Shown here one piece after another: positions 1-10,368 of a stretch of DNA of 64,000 bases. The notes beneath the pieces are model-generated. The model was not told where the DNA came from. It ran no database searches and was given only the letters and a program-made list of their open reading frames with translations. The translations under genes were made by a program, and so were the position numbers. The stretch lies in the sequence record DRR378314_409; one strand, written 5' to 3'. The stretch's first letter is position 1. Each line of letters starts with the position of its first letter.

Positions 1-132
1 GTTCAGGTGATGCTGGATGCTCACCCGAAAGTGAAGGTTTATGTGGCTGGTCTGGATGAAAAGCTTAATGAAAAAGCCTATATCGTTCCAGGGTTGGGGG
101 ATGCGGGTGACCGCCTTTACGGCACGCTATAA
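1..132 (+). CDS. upp: uracil phosphoribosyltransferase, 3' fragment
   Basis: Frame 1 reads ...[26 protein letters not shown], the conserved Upp C-terminus. Confidence 0.93.
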   Translation, partial: VQVMLDAHPKVKVYVAGLDEKLNEKAYIVPGLGDAGDRLYGTL

Positions 133-154
133 CCGTTTCTGAAAGTTAAGAATC

Positions 155-187
155 AAAAAACCCCTCTGTTCATGCAGAGGGGTTTTT
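155..187. terminator. bidirectional intrinsic terminator
   Basis: AAAAACCCCTCTG-ttcatg-CAGAGGGGTTTTT inverted repeat with A/T tracts on both sides. Confidence 0.85.
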
Positions 188-453
188 CTTTGGAAAATAA
201 TTCCGTGGAGACTTGTGAACTAGCTTCCTGGACAATTGCAGCCATGACAGGGAGTTACCATGAGCGATTTGACACGTTTCTCATTCATCGTTTCAATGAA
301 TAAAACGGCGAGATTAAGTAAACTGTATCTATGTCTAATCATGACAAACCTCATTTGGCTTTCATCGTTTATTTCGAGTATTAAGTTAAGGGAAAATTGC
401 GACGTTGGCTGTGAGCATAATCACTTAATTCGCAGGTGCGGTATAATAGCCAC

Positions 454-600
454 AAAAAAGGCCCCGATGGGGGTCGGGGCCTTTTTATTTTAGGATTGCC
501 TGTGCTGCTTTGGGAGGTGGCAGGGCAATCCAGATTTTAGAAAAGATATGAATTATCATAGTGTTAAGTAATTTGGGGGAGCTTAACACGGAGAGGGATT
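454..600 (-). ncRNA. candidate multi-hairpin sRNA with C-rich (anti-SD) loops
   Basis: Hairpins at 561-589 (loop CUCCCCC on -) and 493-531 (contains CCUCCC); terminator at 454-486 with CCCCC loop and U tail; ends approximate. Confidence 0.55.
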
Positions 601-733
601 TATCAAATTCAACCTATCTAAAATCAATAACGCGTTGGCGTTACAATTCATTTAGGAAGTGGTTTCTAAAATTCCAAGACACAGAAGTGTGAGCGGTGTC
701 ACAGACGGTAGAATCACTTGGGTGAAACAAAAA

Positions 734-1582
734 TCAAGGCCATTTAACCTCAGGCGGAAGGGACATGAGAATGGCTTCAGTATTACCGCCTGTTTTAAGT
801 CCAAAAGTGGTGCCCCGATCATAGAGCAGGTTAAATTCGACGTAACGCCCGCGTTTGATCAATTGCTGTTCACGTTGTGCCTCACTCCACTCTTTGTTCA
901 TGTGTTCACGAACAATTTGCGGATAGATATCGGCAAATGCTTTGCCCACATCCTGTGTGAAGGCAAAATCGGCAGCCCATTCAGTTTCCAGTTTGTCGTA
1001 GAAAATCCCGCCAACACCTCTTGGCTCTTTGCGGTGAGGGAGATAGAAATATTCATCACACCATTTTTTGAAGTCGGGATAGTATTTTGGGTTATGGCGA
1101 TCGCAGGCTGTTTTTAGCGCAGCGTGAAATTTATCAGAGTCCGATTCATTTGAAAACATGGGCGTTAAATCAGCGCCACCGCCGAACCAGGACCTTCCTG
1201 TGACAATATGTCGCGTGTTCATATGGACGGCAGGGACAAGCGGCGATCTCATATGGGCAACTAGCGAAATTCCGCTAGCCCAAAAAGTTCCTGAATTTTC
1301 GGTTCCAGGGATGTTCGCTCTGAATTCCGGGGAGAATTCGCCATGTACAACCGAAATATTAACCCCAACCTTCTCGAAAACACGTCCTTTCATGACAGAC
1401 ATTTCACCCCCGCCGCCGCCGGGGCGGTCCCATTTTGTCACCTCAAAGCGACCGGGCGGCAGGTCGCTATGTTGACCAATGAGCTCATCTTCCAGCGCCT
1501 CAAACCGGTTCCGAATGTCGTCGCGAAGATCTTTAAACCACTGTGAGGCTTGAGTTTTTTGATTTTCTATCTGGTCAGTCAT
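734..1582 (-). CDS. hemF: oxygen-dependent coproporphyrinogen III oxidase
   Basis: [22 protein letters not shown] and [15 protein letters not shown] motifs; start placed at MTDQ. Confidence 0.96.
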   Translation of the reverse strand: MTDQIENQKTQASQWFKDLRDDIRNRFEALEDELIGQHSDLPPGRFEVTKWDRPGGGGGEMSVMKGRVFEKVGVNISVVHGEFSPEFRANIPGTENSGTFWASGISLVAHMRSPLVPAVHMNTRHIVTGRSWFGGGADLTPMFSNESDSDKFHAALKTACDRHNPKYYPDFKKWCDEYFYLPHRKEPRGVGGIFYDKLETEWAADFAFTQDVGKAFADIYPQIVREHMNKEWSEAQREQQLIKRGRYVEFNLLYDRGTTFGLKTGGNTEAILMSLPPEVKWP

Positions 1583-1592
1583 CGGTCTTTCC

Positions 1593-2051
1593 TTATTCTT
1601 TTCCCGGGAATGCATCGGTCTGGCGAAGGCCTTCCCCCAAAACCATCGCAGCGGAGAGGGCCACGTTAATGGATCGGGCGCCTTCCTGCATCGGAATGGT
1701 CAATCTTGCCTCCACTGTTTCATGAACGTCCTCAGGAACTCCAGCGCTTTCCCGACCCAACAGTAGGATATCATTTGGTTGAAACTGGAAATCTGTATAA
1801 GGTCCACTTGCTTTTGTCGTTAGCAACAAAACCCGTTTATTCTGGGTGTTTTGCCGAAACTGGGCCCATGAAGCATGACGCGTTACACGGGCAAGATTTG
1901 CATAATCCATAGCAGCCCGGCGCAAGTCTTTTGCCCCAAATGGAAAACCGCATGGATCGATAATGTGAACCGGGCAGTTCATGCATGCCCCGAGGCGGAT
2001 TATAGTTCCCACATTGGGAGCAATATCTGGCTGAAAAAGTGCAATTTCCAT
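1593..2051 (-). CDS. trmL: tRNA (cytidine34-2'-O)-methyltransferase, SpoU family
   Basis: [19 protein letters not shown] and RSINVA SPOUT motifs. Confidence 0.9.
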   Translation of the reverse strand: MEIALFQPDIAPNVGTIIRLGACMNCPVHIIDPCGFPFGAKDLRRAAMDYANLARVTRHASWAQFRQNTQNKRVLLLTTKASGPYTDFQFQPNDILLLGRESAGVPEDVHETVEARLTIPMQEGARSINVALSAAMVLGEGLRQTDAFPGKE

Positions 2052-2198
2052 AAGGTTTTTCAACTATTCTGGTGTGACATTTATAGAGCAAATCTGCCGT
2101 CTTTTGACATATTTCACACCTTGGGACTAGACATTCTGTGAATATGGTGACAAAAAGCGGTCGCTAGAGATATTTTTTTTAAAAGCTGGGGAAGTTTG

Positions 2199-2726
2199 AT
2201 GACTGATACCACCCCTGTAGAAGAAGACGGCGTAAAGCGTCGCGATTTTCTATATGTCGCCGCTGGCGGCGTTGGTGCAGTAGGCACCGCTATGGCAATC
2301 TGGCCGTTTGTTGACCAGATGAATCCATCTGCAGATGTTTTGGCTTTGTCCTCTACAGAAGTGGATTTGAGTGTCATAGATGAAGGGTCTGAAATAACTG
2401 CTGTATGGCAGGGTAAACCTGTTTTTATTCGTCACAGAACCGCCGCTGAGATTGAAGAGGCGAATAGTGTTGACGTGAACAGCCTGCCAGATCCGCAGGC
2501 GGATGAGGAACGTGCCGAGAAGCCGGAATGGCTGATCATGATCGGTATCTGTACTCATCTTGGGTGTGTGCCATTGAAAGAATCTGGTGACTTCGATGGT
2601 TGGTTTTGTCCGTGTCATGGCTCTCATTACGACACTTCCGGACGTATCCGGAAAGGTCCAGCTCCAGCCAACCTGCCAATACCGCCATACGCCTTCCTTG
2701 ATGATACCACAGTGAAAATCGGTTAG
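2199..2726 (+). CDS. petA: ubiquinol-cytochrome c reductase Rieske Fe-S subunit
   Basis: Tat RRDFL motif; CTHLGC and CPCHGS. Confidence 0.98.
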   Translation: MTDTTPVEEDGVKRRDFLYVAAGGVGAVGTAMAIWPFVDQMNPSADVLALSSTEVDLSVIDEGSEITAVWQGKPVFIRHRTAAEIEEANSVDVNSLPDPQADEERAEKPEWLIMIGICTHLGCVPLKESGDFDGWFCPCHGSHYDTSGRIRKGPAPANLPIPPYAFLDDTTVKIG

Positions 2727-2737
2727 GGGGAGCAAAC

Positions 2738-3976
2738 ATGTCATTCGAACCTAAAAACCCGGTTGTAAAATGGGTCGAGCATCGTCTGCCAATCATCGGC
2801 ATGGTGCACCACGCCCTTTATGACTATCCAACGCCAAAAAATCTGAGCTACTGGTGGACATTCGGTTCCTTGGCCGGATTTATGCTGGTTGTCCAAATTG
2901 TAAGCGGCATTGTTCTGTCAATGCATTACACACCGCATGTGGATCTCGCCTTCAGTAGCGTTGAACATATCATGCGGGACGTGAATTATGGCTGGCTGTT
3001 GCGTTACATGCATGCCAACGGCGCGTCCATGTTCTTTATTGTTGTGTATCTGCACATGTTCCGCGGCCTCTACTATGGCTCCTATAAAGCTCCACGTGAA
3101 TTGTTGTGGTGGCTGGGTCTTGTGATCTTCCTTCTGATGATGGCAACCGCCTTTATGGGATATGTGTTGCCTTGGGGACAGATGAGCTTCTGGGGTGCAA
3201 CCGTGATTACCAACCTGTTTGGTGCAATTCCAGTGGTCGGTGAAACGATTGTAACCTGGCTCTGGGGTGGCTTCTCTGTTGATAATCCAACATTGAACCG
3301 CTTCTTCAGCCTGCATTATCTGCTGCCATTTGTTATCGTTGGCGTGGTGATCCTGCACGTATGGGCTTTGCACACGAACGGATCTAATAACCCAACTGGA
3401 ATTGAGATCAAAGACAAGCAGGACAGCATTCCGTTCCATCCTTATTATACCATTAAGGATCTGTTCGGCTTGGGTGTCTTCTTGATCTTCTTCTCAGCCT
3501 TCCTGTTTTATGCGCCGAACTATCTTGGGCATCCGGATAACTATATTCCGGCGAACCCACTGGTAACACCGGCCCATATCGTTCCTGAATGGTACTTCCT
3601 GCCGTTCTATGCGATCCTGCGGGCGGTTCCAGACAAGCTTGGTGGTGTGCTTCTTATGTTCGGTGCCATCGCTGTCTTGTTTGCGCTGCCATGGTTGGAT
3701 AAGAGCCGGGTACGGTCTGCGAAATACCGTCCGATCTTCAAACAGCTCTTCTGGATTTTCCTGATCGATTGTGTTGTGCTCACATATGTTGGCGGTAAGC
3801 CTGCAGAAGAGCCCTACATTCTGATTGGCCGGATTGCGACAGTATATTACTTCGTTCATATCCTGATCCTGTTACCGTTGGTTGGATTGTTGGAGAAACA
3901 TAAACCTCTACCGTCCAGTATTTCGGAAGCTGTCTTGGATAAGAAATCTGGTGCTAAGGAGGCAAGCAATGCTTAA
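2738..3976 (+). CDS. petB: cytochrome b
   Basis: [20 protein letters not shown] and PEWYFL motifs. Confidence 0.99.
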   Translation: MSFEPKNPVVKWVEHRLPIIGMVHHALYDYPTPKNLSYWWTFGSLAGFMLVVQIVSGIVLSMHYTPHVDLAFSSVEHIMRDVNYGWLLRYMHANGASMFFIVVYLHMFRGLYYGSYKAPRELLWWLGLVIFLLMMATAFMGYVLPWGQMSFWGATVITNLFGAIPVVGETIVTWLWGGFSVDNPTLNRFFSLHYLLPFVIVGVVILHVWALHTNGSNNPTGIEIKDKQDSIPFHPYYTIKDLFGLGVFLIFFSAFLFYAPNYLGHPDNYIPANPLVTPAHIVPEWYFLPFYAILRAVPDKLGGVLLMFGAIAVLFALPWLDKSRVRSAKYRPIFKQLFWIFLIDCVVLTYVGGKPAEEPYILIGRIATVYYFVHILILLPLVGLLEKHKPLPSSISEAVLDKKSGAKEASNA

Positions 3977-4736
3977 GTTTGTAAAGTCATTAGGTGCTGC
4001 TGCTCTCCTTTCAGTGGCGACACTATCCGGCGCTCAGGCGGCTGGTAGTGCTGTTGAGTTGAAATCGGCCGATTGGCAGCATACGGGCATCTTCGGAACT
4101 TATGATCGTGCTGCAGCTCAGCGGGGTATGCAGGTTTACAAGGAAGTCTGTGCAGGTTGCCACGGGTTGAACCTGGTTGCCTTTCGGACCTTGAAAGATC
4201 TGGGCTTCACTGAAGATGAGGTGAAGGCCTTGTCTGCGGAATATACATTCGTCGATGGGCCTGACGATGAAGGCGAAATGTTTGAACGTCCAGGCAAGCC
4301 ATTTGACAAGTTCCCTGATCCCTTCCCGAATGAGAAAGCCGCCCGGGCCGCAAATGGTGGTGCTTACCCACCAGATTTGTCGCTGATTGTCAAAGCGCGT
4401 CCAGGGTTTGAAAATTACCTGTATTCGTTGATGACAGGTTACGAGGATCCGCCAGCGGATTTTGAACTGAATACTGGCATGAACTACAATGCGTATTTCG
4501 CTGGTCATCAGATTGCGATGCCGCCTCCTCTTTCCGAGGATGCAGTTGAGTATGCAGATGGCACGGCAGCAACCATTGATCAAATGGCGAAAGACCTCAC
4601 TGTATTTCTAGCGTGGACAGCAGAGCCAAAACTGGAAGATCGCAAGCATATGGGCCTTCGGGTGATCCTGTTCCTGCTGATCATGACCGGCATTTTCTTT
4701 GCCGCGAAACGGAAAATCTGGTCAGACGTTCACTGA
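3969..4736 (+). CDS. petC: cytochrome c1
   Basis: Signal peptide, CAGCH heme motif, PPDLSL, C-terminal TM anchor; ATG at 3969 after AAGGAGG. Confidence 0.98.
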   Translation: MLKFVKSLGAAALLSVATLSGAQAAGSAVELKSADWQHTGIFGTYDRAAAQRGMQVYKEVCAGCHGLNLVAFRTLKDLGFTEDEVKALSAEYTFVDGPDDEGEMFERPGKPFDKFPDPFPNEKAARAANGGAYPPDLSLIVKARPGFENYLYSLMTGYEDPPADFELNTGMNYNAYFAGHQIAMPPPLSEDAVEYADGTAATIDQMAKDLTVFLAWTAEPKLEDRKHMGLRVILFLLIMTGIFFAAKRKIWSDVH

Positions 4737-4756
4737 TCCAGAGCTAGTTGGAAAGT

Positions 4757-4787
4757 AAAGGGCGCCTTTTTGAGGCGCCCTTTTTTT
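4757..4787 (+). terminator. intrinsic terminator of petABC
   Basis: AAAGGGCGCCT-loop-AGGCGCCC followed by T7. Confidence 0.9.
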
Positions 4788-4867
4788 GTGTCTGGTCGGG
4801 GATTTTCCTGCTGACCACACTTGTTGCAGTTGGTATGCTAACTGTGAAATTTGGGGAGAGTATTGCC

Positions 4868-5737
4868 ATGGTTAAACCCATAATTGGCGTGATTGGAGGC
4901 AGTGGTGTTTATGATCTGGAAGGGCTTTCGGATACCCGTTGGGAGGCCGTTCAATCTTCTTTTGGATCACCTTCTGACGATATTCTTCGCGGAACGCTCC
5001 ACGGTGTTGAGATGGCGTTTCTGCCCCGACATGGACGTGGGCACAAGTTGTCACCCTCAGGGATCAATTATCGGGCAAATATCGATGCGCTTAAAAGGGT
5101 AGGGGTTACGGATATCCTTTCGGTTAGCGCCTGCGGCTCTTTTGAGGATCAATTGGCGCCGGGTACTTTTGTCATTGTGGATCAGTTCATCGATCGTACC
5201 TTGGCCCGAGAAAAAAGCTTTTTTGGAAACGGATTGGTCGCCCATGTCAGTATGGCGGAACCTGTTTGTGGCCGGCTTGGTGATGCTTTGGAATTGGCTG
5301 CACGGTCGGAAGAAATACCCGTTGTTCGCGGCGGAACCTACCTAGCGATGGAGGGGCCGCAATTTTCGTCTAAGGCAGAATCGGAGCTATACCGTCAATG
5401 GGGATGCCAAGTGATCGGTATGACCAACATGCCCGAGGCTAAATTGGCCCGAGAAGCCGAGATTTGTTATGCTACTGTTGCCATGGTCACCGATTATGAT
5501 TGTTGGCATCCTGATCATGTGCATGTGGATGTCGCAACAGTTATTCAGGCCTTAATGGGCAATAGTCAGAAAGCCCGAGCCTTGGTAAAAGCTGTATCAC
5601 CCGCTTTGAGCGAACGAACGAGGCCTTGTTCACATGGGTGTGATCATGCGCTCGATAATGCCTTGATTACAGCGCCTGAGGCCCGCGATCCTGATGTGAT
5701 TGCTGTCCTTGATGCTGTGGCAGGTCGAGTCCTCTAA
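4868..5737 (+). CDS. mtnP: S-methyl-5'-thioadenosine phosphorylase
   Basis: IGGSG, PRHG, EGPQFS, GMTNMPEAKLAREA and TDYDCW motifs. Confidence 0.95.
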   Translation: MVKPIIGVIGGSGVYDLEGLSDTRWEAVQSSFGSPSDDILRGTLHGVEMAFLPRHGRGHKLSPSGINYRANIDALKRVGVTDILSVSACGSFEDQLAPGTFVIVDQFIDRTLAREKSFFGNGLVAHVSMAEPVCGRLGDALELAARSEEIPVVRGGTYLAMEGPQFSSKAESELYRQWGCQVIGMTNMPEAKLAREAEICYATVAMVTDYDCWHPDHVHVDVATVIQALMGNSQKARALVKAVSPALSERTRPCSHGCDHALDNALITAPEARDPDVIAVLDAVAGRVL

Positions 5738-5761
5738 CAGGTCATTGAATAGGAAAATTAA

Positions 5762-6289
5762 GTGGATATTAAAAAATACATCAGAACAATTCCCGACTAT
5801 CCAAAACCGGGAATTATGTTCCGGGATATTACAACGCTTTGGCAGGATGCAGGGGGGCTTAGAACCGCAATAGATCAACTCGTTTGGCCTTATGCAGGTG
5901 TTCGAATTGATAAAGTTGCTGGTATTGAAGCACGTGGGTTCGTATTGGGCGGGGCGATTGCCCATCAACTCAGTGTCGGTTTTGTCCCCGTCCGCAAAAA
6001 GGGAAAACTGCCCCACGACGTTATTGGGGAAGAGTATGATCTTGAATATGGCACCGACACTGTCGAAATTCATAAAGATGCCATCTTGCAGGGCGAGAAT
6101 ATTCTGCTCGTGGATGATTTGATTGCGACTGGTGGGACGGCTGAAGCTGCCATTAAGTTAATCCGGCGTGCTGGCGGTACGGTTGTTGGAGCCACCTTCG
6201 TTATTGATCTCCCTGATATTGGTGGGCGTCAGAAAATTGAAGATTTAGGTGTCAATGTCCGGACGTTATGCGAATTTGAAGGCGACTGA
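5762..6289 (+). CDS. apt: adenine phosphoribosyltransferase
   Basis: [20 protein letters not shown] and [10 protein letters not shown] motifs. Confidence 0.97.
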   Translation: MDIKKYIRTIPDYPKPGIMFRDITTLWQDAGGLRTAIDQLVWPYAGVRIDKVAGIEARGFVLGGAIAHQLSVGFVPVRKKGKLPHDVIGEEYDLEYGTDTVEIHKDAILQGENILLVDDLIATGGTAEAAIKLIRRAGGTVVGATFVIDLPDIGGRQKIEDLGVNVRTLCEFEGD

Positions 6290-6309
6290 GTTTTAAAAGT
6301 GGGGGAAAT

Positions 6310-7167
6310 ATGCTGCATAAGATAGAAGGACTGGATCATACGTTGGTCGGTGTCGCCGATCTGGAGCAAGCGCGAAGTCAGTATGAAAAACTAGGGTTTA
6401 CCATCACACCGCGTGGCTCTCATATCGGATGGGGGACAGCCAACTACTGTATTATGTTCGATGAAGATTATATCGAGCTGCTGGGAATTGTTGATCCTAC
6501 TAAGGAAAATAATGGGCTGGATCGATTATTGGAAGATCGGGGAGAGGGGATGCTAGGCCTGGCCTTCTCCAGTGCAGATCCTGAAGAAACGGTCCGATCT
6601 ATGACGCAGGCAGGACTGGCGCCAACCGGCCCCCATGATTTGAAACGGAAACTGGAATTACCCGATGGGGATGTTATTCCTGAATTCAAGTTGATCCGTT
6701 TTCCGACAGAAGGACTGTCCAAACGAGGGCTTTTTATCTGTCACCATCTGACACCTGAAATGATCCGTAAAAAAGAATGGCTTGAGCACGCTAATGGAAG
6801 CCGTTTTATCCAGACTGTTGTGGTCGTGGTTGAGGATCCAACGGCTCTGATTGATCATTATACGAAGCTTTGTGGATCTCTGAATGTAACAGTTACAGAT
6901 GCGACAGTAACTGTGCGTGCCGGGCGATTGAGCCTGATATTTGTCTCAGAACGGGATCTTGACCTCTTGTTCCCTGGTTTGTTTATTGCGGACGATATGC
7001 CGGACCTGCCGCACATAATGTCGATGACGATTGCCGTCGATAGTCTGGCTAAAACGGCAGACTATTTGAAATCTGCAGGCATAAAAGCTCAGGATATATC
7101 GAGTGGCGGGGCAATCCGTATTCAGCCACAGGATGCTTGTGGCGTTCTCTTGGAATTTGTCGAGTAG
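6310..7167 (+). CDS. VOC/glyoxalase-like domain protein
   Basis: LDH...GFT..RGSH..GTAN..YIELL pattern and EHANG motif. Confidence 0.75.
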   Translation: MLHKIEGLDHTLVGVADLEQARSQYEKLGFTITPRGSHIGWGTANYCIMFDEDYIELLGIVDPTKENNGLDRLLEDRGEGMLGLAFSSADPEETVRSMTQAGLAPTGPHDLKRKLELPDGDVIPEFKLIRFPTEGLSKRGLFICHHLTPEMIRKKEWLEHANGSRFIQTVVVVVEDPTALIDHYTKLCGSLNVTVTDATVTVRAGRLSLIFVSERDLDLLFPGLFIADDMPDLPHIMSMTIAVDSLAKTADYLKSAGIKAQDISSGGAIRIQPQDACGVLLEFVE

Positions 7168-7194
7168 GCCGCAGATACATATGAAGGCGCTATT

Positions 7195-7857
7195 TTAAGC
7201 GCCTTCTATAAATTTAAGGGTTCGATCCAAAGCCAGTTCAGCAGCTTCTTTGTCATAACTACCTCGGACATCGCAATTAAACCCATGTCCGGCGGCGTAG
7301 GTATAGACTTCTATTTCAGGATGCGCTTTTTTGATGGCTTCAACGTCTTCTAACGGGATCGCATGATCCTGGTCGCCAAAGTGAAGTAAGGTTGGGACTT
7401 GCGGGTTGTTGTCTAAGTAATTGGCGATACCGCCGCCATAATATCCCACCGCCTTAAAAATTCCATCGAGTTTGCAAGCTGAAAGGTAGGCCAAAAGACC
7501 GCCCCAGCAATATCCGATAACCGTAACTTTCCCAACGGTTGAAACCTGTTCTGCAGCTGCCTTGATATCCTTAAGCGCAACATCCGGTTCTATTGCGTTT
7601 TTATATTCAATACCTGTTTTGACACCCTCTTCGGTGTATCCAAGCTCTATTCCCGGTTGGATGCGATCAAACAGGGCAGGCGCTATCGCAGTATAACCAG
7701 CCTTGGCATAGCCATCACAGACCGATTGGATATGCGAGTTGACGCCAAAGATTTCCTGAATGATGACAACCGTCCCAATAGCTGCACCTTCTGCCTGGGT
7801 TATATAGGTTTGAAACTCATGTCCATCTTCGGCTGTAAGTGTGATGAAATTTCCCAT
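7195..7857 (-). CDS. dienelactone hydrolase family protein
   Basis: QEIFGVN, GYCWGG nucleophile motif, AGHGF. Confidence 0.92.
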   Translation of the reverse strand: MGNFITLTAEDGHEFQTYITQAEGAAIGTVVIIQEIFGVNSHIQSVCDGYAKAGYTAIAPALFDRIQPGIELGYTEEGVKTGIEYKNAIEPDVALKDIKAAAEQVSTVGKVTVIGYCWGGLLAYLSACKLDGIFKAVGYYGGGIANYLDNNPQVPTLLHFGDQDHAIPLEDVEAIKKAHPEIEVYTYAAGHGFNCDVRGSYDKEAAELALDRTLKFIEGA

Positions 7858-7878
7858 TTCTTCCCCTTTGCTTTGGTG

Positions 7879-8340
7879 TTAATGGATAGCTTCCACAATC
7901 AGGAGCGTTCCGTCATTTCCAGTAACCCGAACGACAGTTCCCGTGGGTAGTTCAGGCCCTGAAACGGTCCATTGACTGTCATCGACATGGATTTTCCCTC
8001 GGCCATTTTCGATGGCTTCTATGAGTTTAAACTGGCGCCCTACATATTGGGCACCGCGTTGGTTCAGTTTAAAATTGTCCTCAGTTCCTGAGTTTCTTTT
8101 GAAGAAATTTCGGGCAATAACCAGACTGACAACTGAGAAAATGGCAAACAGCGTCCATTGATATTCCCAGGTCATAGCAGGGAAGATCAAGGCTATGAGG
8201 CCAACAATTCCTGCTGCAATTCCAAGCCATAAAAGAAAAAAGGTTGGTGCAAAAATTTCAAGAATGACGAAGATAACGGCTATTGTCCACCAAGCCCAAT
8301 GACCGAGATCGGCAATCCATGTGATGATTTCGTTAAACAT
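7879..8340 (-). CDS. NfeD-family (YbbJ-like) membrane protein
   Basis: N-terminal TM helices plus LNQRG..OB-like C-terminus; coupled to the SPFH gene. Confidence 0.85.
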   Translation of the reverse strand: MFNEIITWIADLGHWAWWTIAVIFVILEIFAPTFFLLWLGIAAGIVGLIALIFPAMTWEYQWTLFAIFSVVSLVIARNFFKRNSGTEDNFKLNQRGAQYVGRQFKLIEAIENGRGKIHVDDSQWTVSGPELPTGTVVRVTGNDGTLLIVEAIH

Positions 8341-8342
8341 GT

Positions 8343-9317
8343 TCAGTCACTTGACGGGACTGAGCCGGTTGAAATTCTGGTTTTGCCGGGTCCGTCATCG
8401 TTAAAGACCTGTTTGGCAATCTCAGAAATGCCCCCGAGCGTTCCGATCAGGGCTGTTGCCTCCATGGGCATAAGAACGACCTTGGAGTTTCTGGCCGACC
8501 CAATTTCCTGCATGGCCTCTACATACTTCTGAGCGACAAAGTAATTGATCGATTGAATGTCACCTTTGGCAATCGCCTCAGAGACGTCAAGGGTCGCCTT
8601 GGCTTCGGCTTGCGCGGATCGTTCTCGTGCCTCGGCATCTCGAAAGGCAGCTTCCCGGCGTCCTTCTGCTTCCAGAATAGCAGATTTTTTCTCACCTTCA
8701 GCTTTCAGAATTTCCGATTGACGAACTCCTTCGGCTTCCAGAATAACCGCGCGCTTCTCACGTTCGGCTTTCATTTGACGGCCCATGGCTTCAACCAGAT
8801 CTGTTGGTGGTGTGATATCCTTGATTTCCACCCGGGTGACTTTAATTCCCCAGGGGGTGGATGCCTGATCGATAACCGTCAAGAGACGTGTGTTGATGCC
8901 GTCCCGTTGGCTCAATGCCTCATCCAGATCCATGGATCCCAGAACGGTTCGAAGGTTGGTTTGGGCGAGGTTTTGGATTGCCCTATTGAGGTCCCGGATT
9001 TCATAGGCTGATTTGGCTGCATCTAGAACCTGAAAGAACAGAACACCATCAACTTCGACCATCGCATTATCTTTGGATATAACTTCCTGGGTAGGAATGT
9101 CGAGGACCTGCTCCATCATATTGATCTTAGCGCCCACCCGATCAATAAAGGGCATCAGGAAGCCCAGACCCGGTGTCATGCTTTTTGTATAGCGTCCGAA
9201 GCGTTCGATGGTAAATTGATAGCCTTGGGGGACAACTGTCACCCCCATGAAAACAATGACTATTGCCAGAATAACTAGGAAAATGACAAGAACGGCAAAG
9301 CCGGAAAGCATGTCCAT
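8343..9317 (-). CDS. qmcA: SPFH/stomatin-family protein (QmcA-like)
   Basis: ERFGRY, TNLRTVLGSMDLD and QMKAEREKRA motifs. Confidence 0.85.
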   Translation of the reverse strand: MDMLSGFAVLVIFLVILAIVIVFMGVTVVPQGYQFTIERFGRYTKSMTPGLGFLMPFIDRVGAKINMMEQVLDIPTQEVISKDNAMVEVDGVLFFQVLDAAKSAYEIRDLNRAIQNLAQTNLRTVLGSMDLDEALSQRDGINTRLLTVIDQASTPWGIKVTRVEIKDITPPTDLVEAMGRQMKAEREKRAVILEAEGVRQSEILKAEGEKKSAILEAEGRREAAFRDAEARERSAQAEAKATLDVSEAIAKGDIQSINYFVAQKYVEAMQEIGSARNSKVVLMPMEATALIGTLGGISEIAKQVFNDDGPGKTRISTGSVPSSD

Positions 9318-9414
9318 CGGTTTCCCCCAATGATGAAAATTTGATTTATGAAATCATATCATAGTTGGCGGAAAATACGAACGCGTTAAAGAAAAAGTCA
9401 AATCTGTCGAAAAT

Positions 9415-9870
9415 TCAACCCTTTTGAGGGCGGCAAAGCGTTAGGCCAATGCTGTCAAAACTCATGACGACTTCATCATTTTGATTGAAGACTTCAATTT
9501 TCCCGAAAACAGTTCCCATCGTCGGTCGGGATTGTGATCGTCTTTTATCCATTACCTCTGACCGAACCCGCAGCGTATCGCCTGGGCGGACGGGTTTGAA
9601 CCATCTGAGGTTATTCACCCCTGGAGAGCCTAGGGACGCAGAAGTGTCGATCATATTATCGACCATCATCCGCATCGTTACGGACGCTGTCTGCCAACCT
9701 GACGCGATTATTCCTCCAAATTGAGAGGATTTTGCGGCTTCTTCGTCAATGTGAAAAGGTTGGGGGTCAAATTTCTCAGCGAAGGAAATGATATCTTCCT
9801 TGCTTAATGTCTTGGAACCAAACTCCAGACTGTCGCCGATCTGCACGTCTTCAAAGTAGCGGCTCCTCAT
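9415..9870 (-). CDS. MaoC-family dehydratase
   Basis: DPQPFHID, GIIASGW and PVRPGD motifs. Confidence 0.88.
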   Translation of the reverse strand: MRSRYFEDVQIGDSLEFGSKTLSKEDIISFAEKFDPQPFHIDEEAAKSSQFGGIIASGWQTASVTMRMMVDNMIDTSASLGSPGVNNLRWFKPVRPGDTLRVRSEVMDKRRSQSRPTMGTVFGKIEVFNQNDEVVMSFDSIGLTLCRPQKG

Positions 9871-10331
9871 GTTGCATCCTCTTCAGTTGGTTTTTTCCCA
9901 AACAGGATACTTGAGATCATTGTCATTTTGGTTTCATCATCACTATTCAAGACTGTATGACGAAATTTCACGAAGCCCCGATCATTTTTGTATTTATGGG
10001 TGGTGCTGTCCAAAACTTCGCTTGAGATATGCAGGACTTCCTCTGGCCGCACGGGCTTTATCCAGCGAAGCTCGTCAATCCCGGGGGAGCCCATGGAACT
10101 GGAGTTGACGATCTGTGCGTCCACAATCATCCGCATCAGGATAGAACCTGTATGCCAGCCTGAGGCAATAATCCCACCGAAGAAATGCTCTTTGGCCGCA
10201 GCCGGGTCAATATGAAATGGCTGCGGATCATATTCAGTAGCAAATTCAATGATTTCAGCCTCTGACAGAGTTTTCTGCCCAAACATTTCTGTGTCACCGA
10301 CACTGAAATCCTCAAAATATTTTTTTGTCAT
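9867..10331 (-). CDS. MaoC-family dehydratase (tandem paralogue)
   Basis: DPQPFHID, GIIASGWH and PVRP motifs. Confidence 0.88.
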   Translation of the reverse strand: MTKKYFEDFSVGDTEMFGQKTLSEAEIIEFATEYDPQPFHIDPAAAKEHFFGGIIASGWHTGSILMRMIVDAQIVNSSSMGSPGIDELRWIKPVRPEEVLHISSEVLDSTTHKYKNDRGFVKFRHTVLNSDDETKMTMISSILFGKKPTEEDAT

Positions 10332-10368
10332 TCTTTAAGTCTCCGATTGGGACTTTGATATTGGAGAA

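Noticed and set aside
260-493. 77-aa ORF with a GGAG upstream
   Set aside because: No recognisable motif and it runs through a terminator hairpin; more likely non-coding
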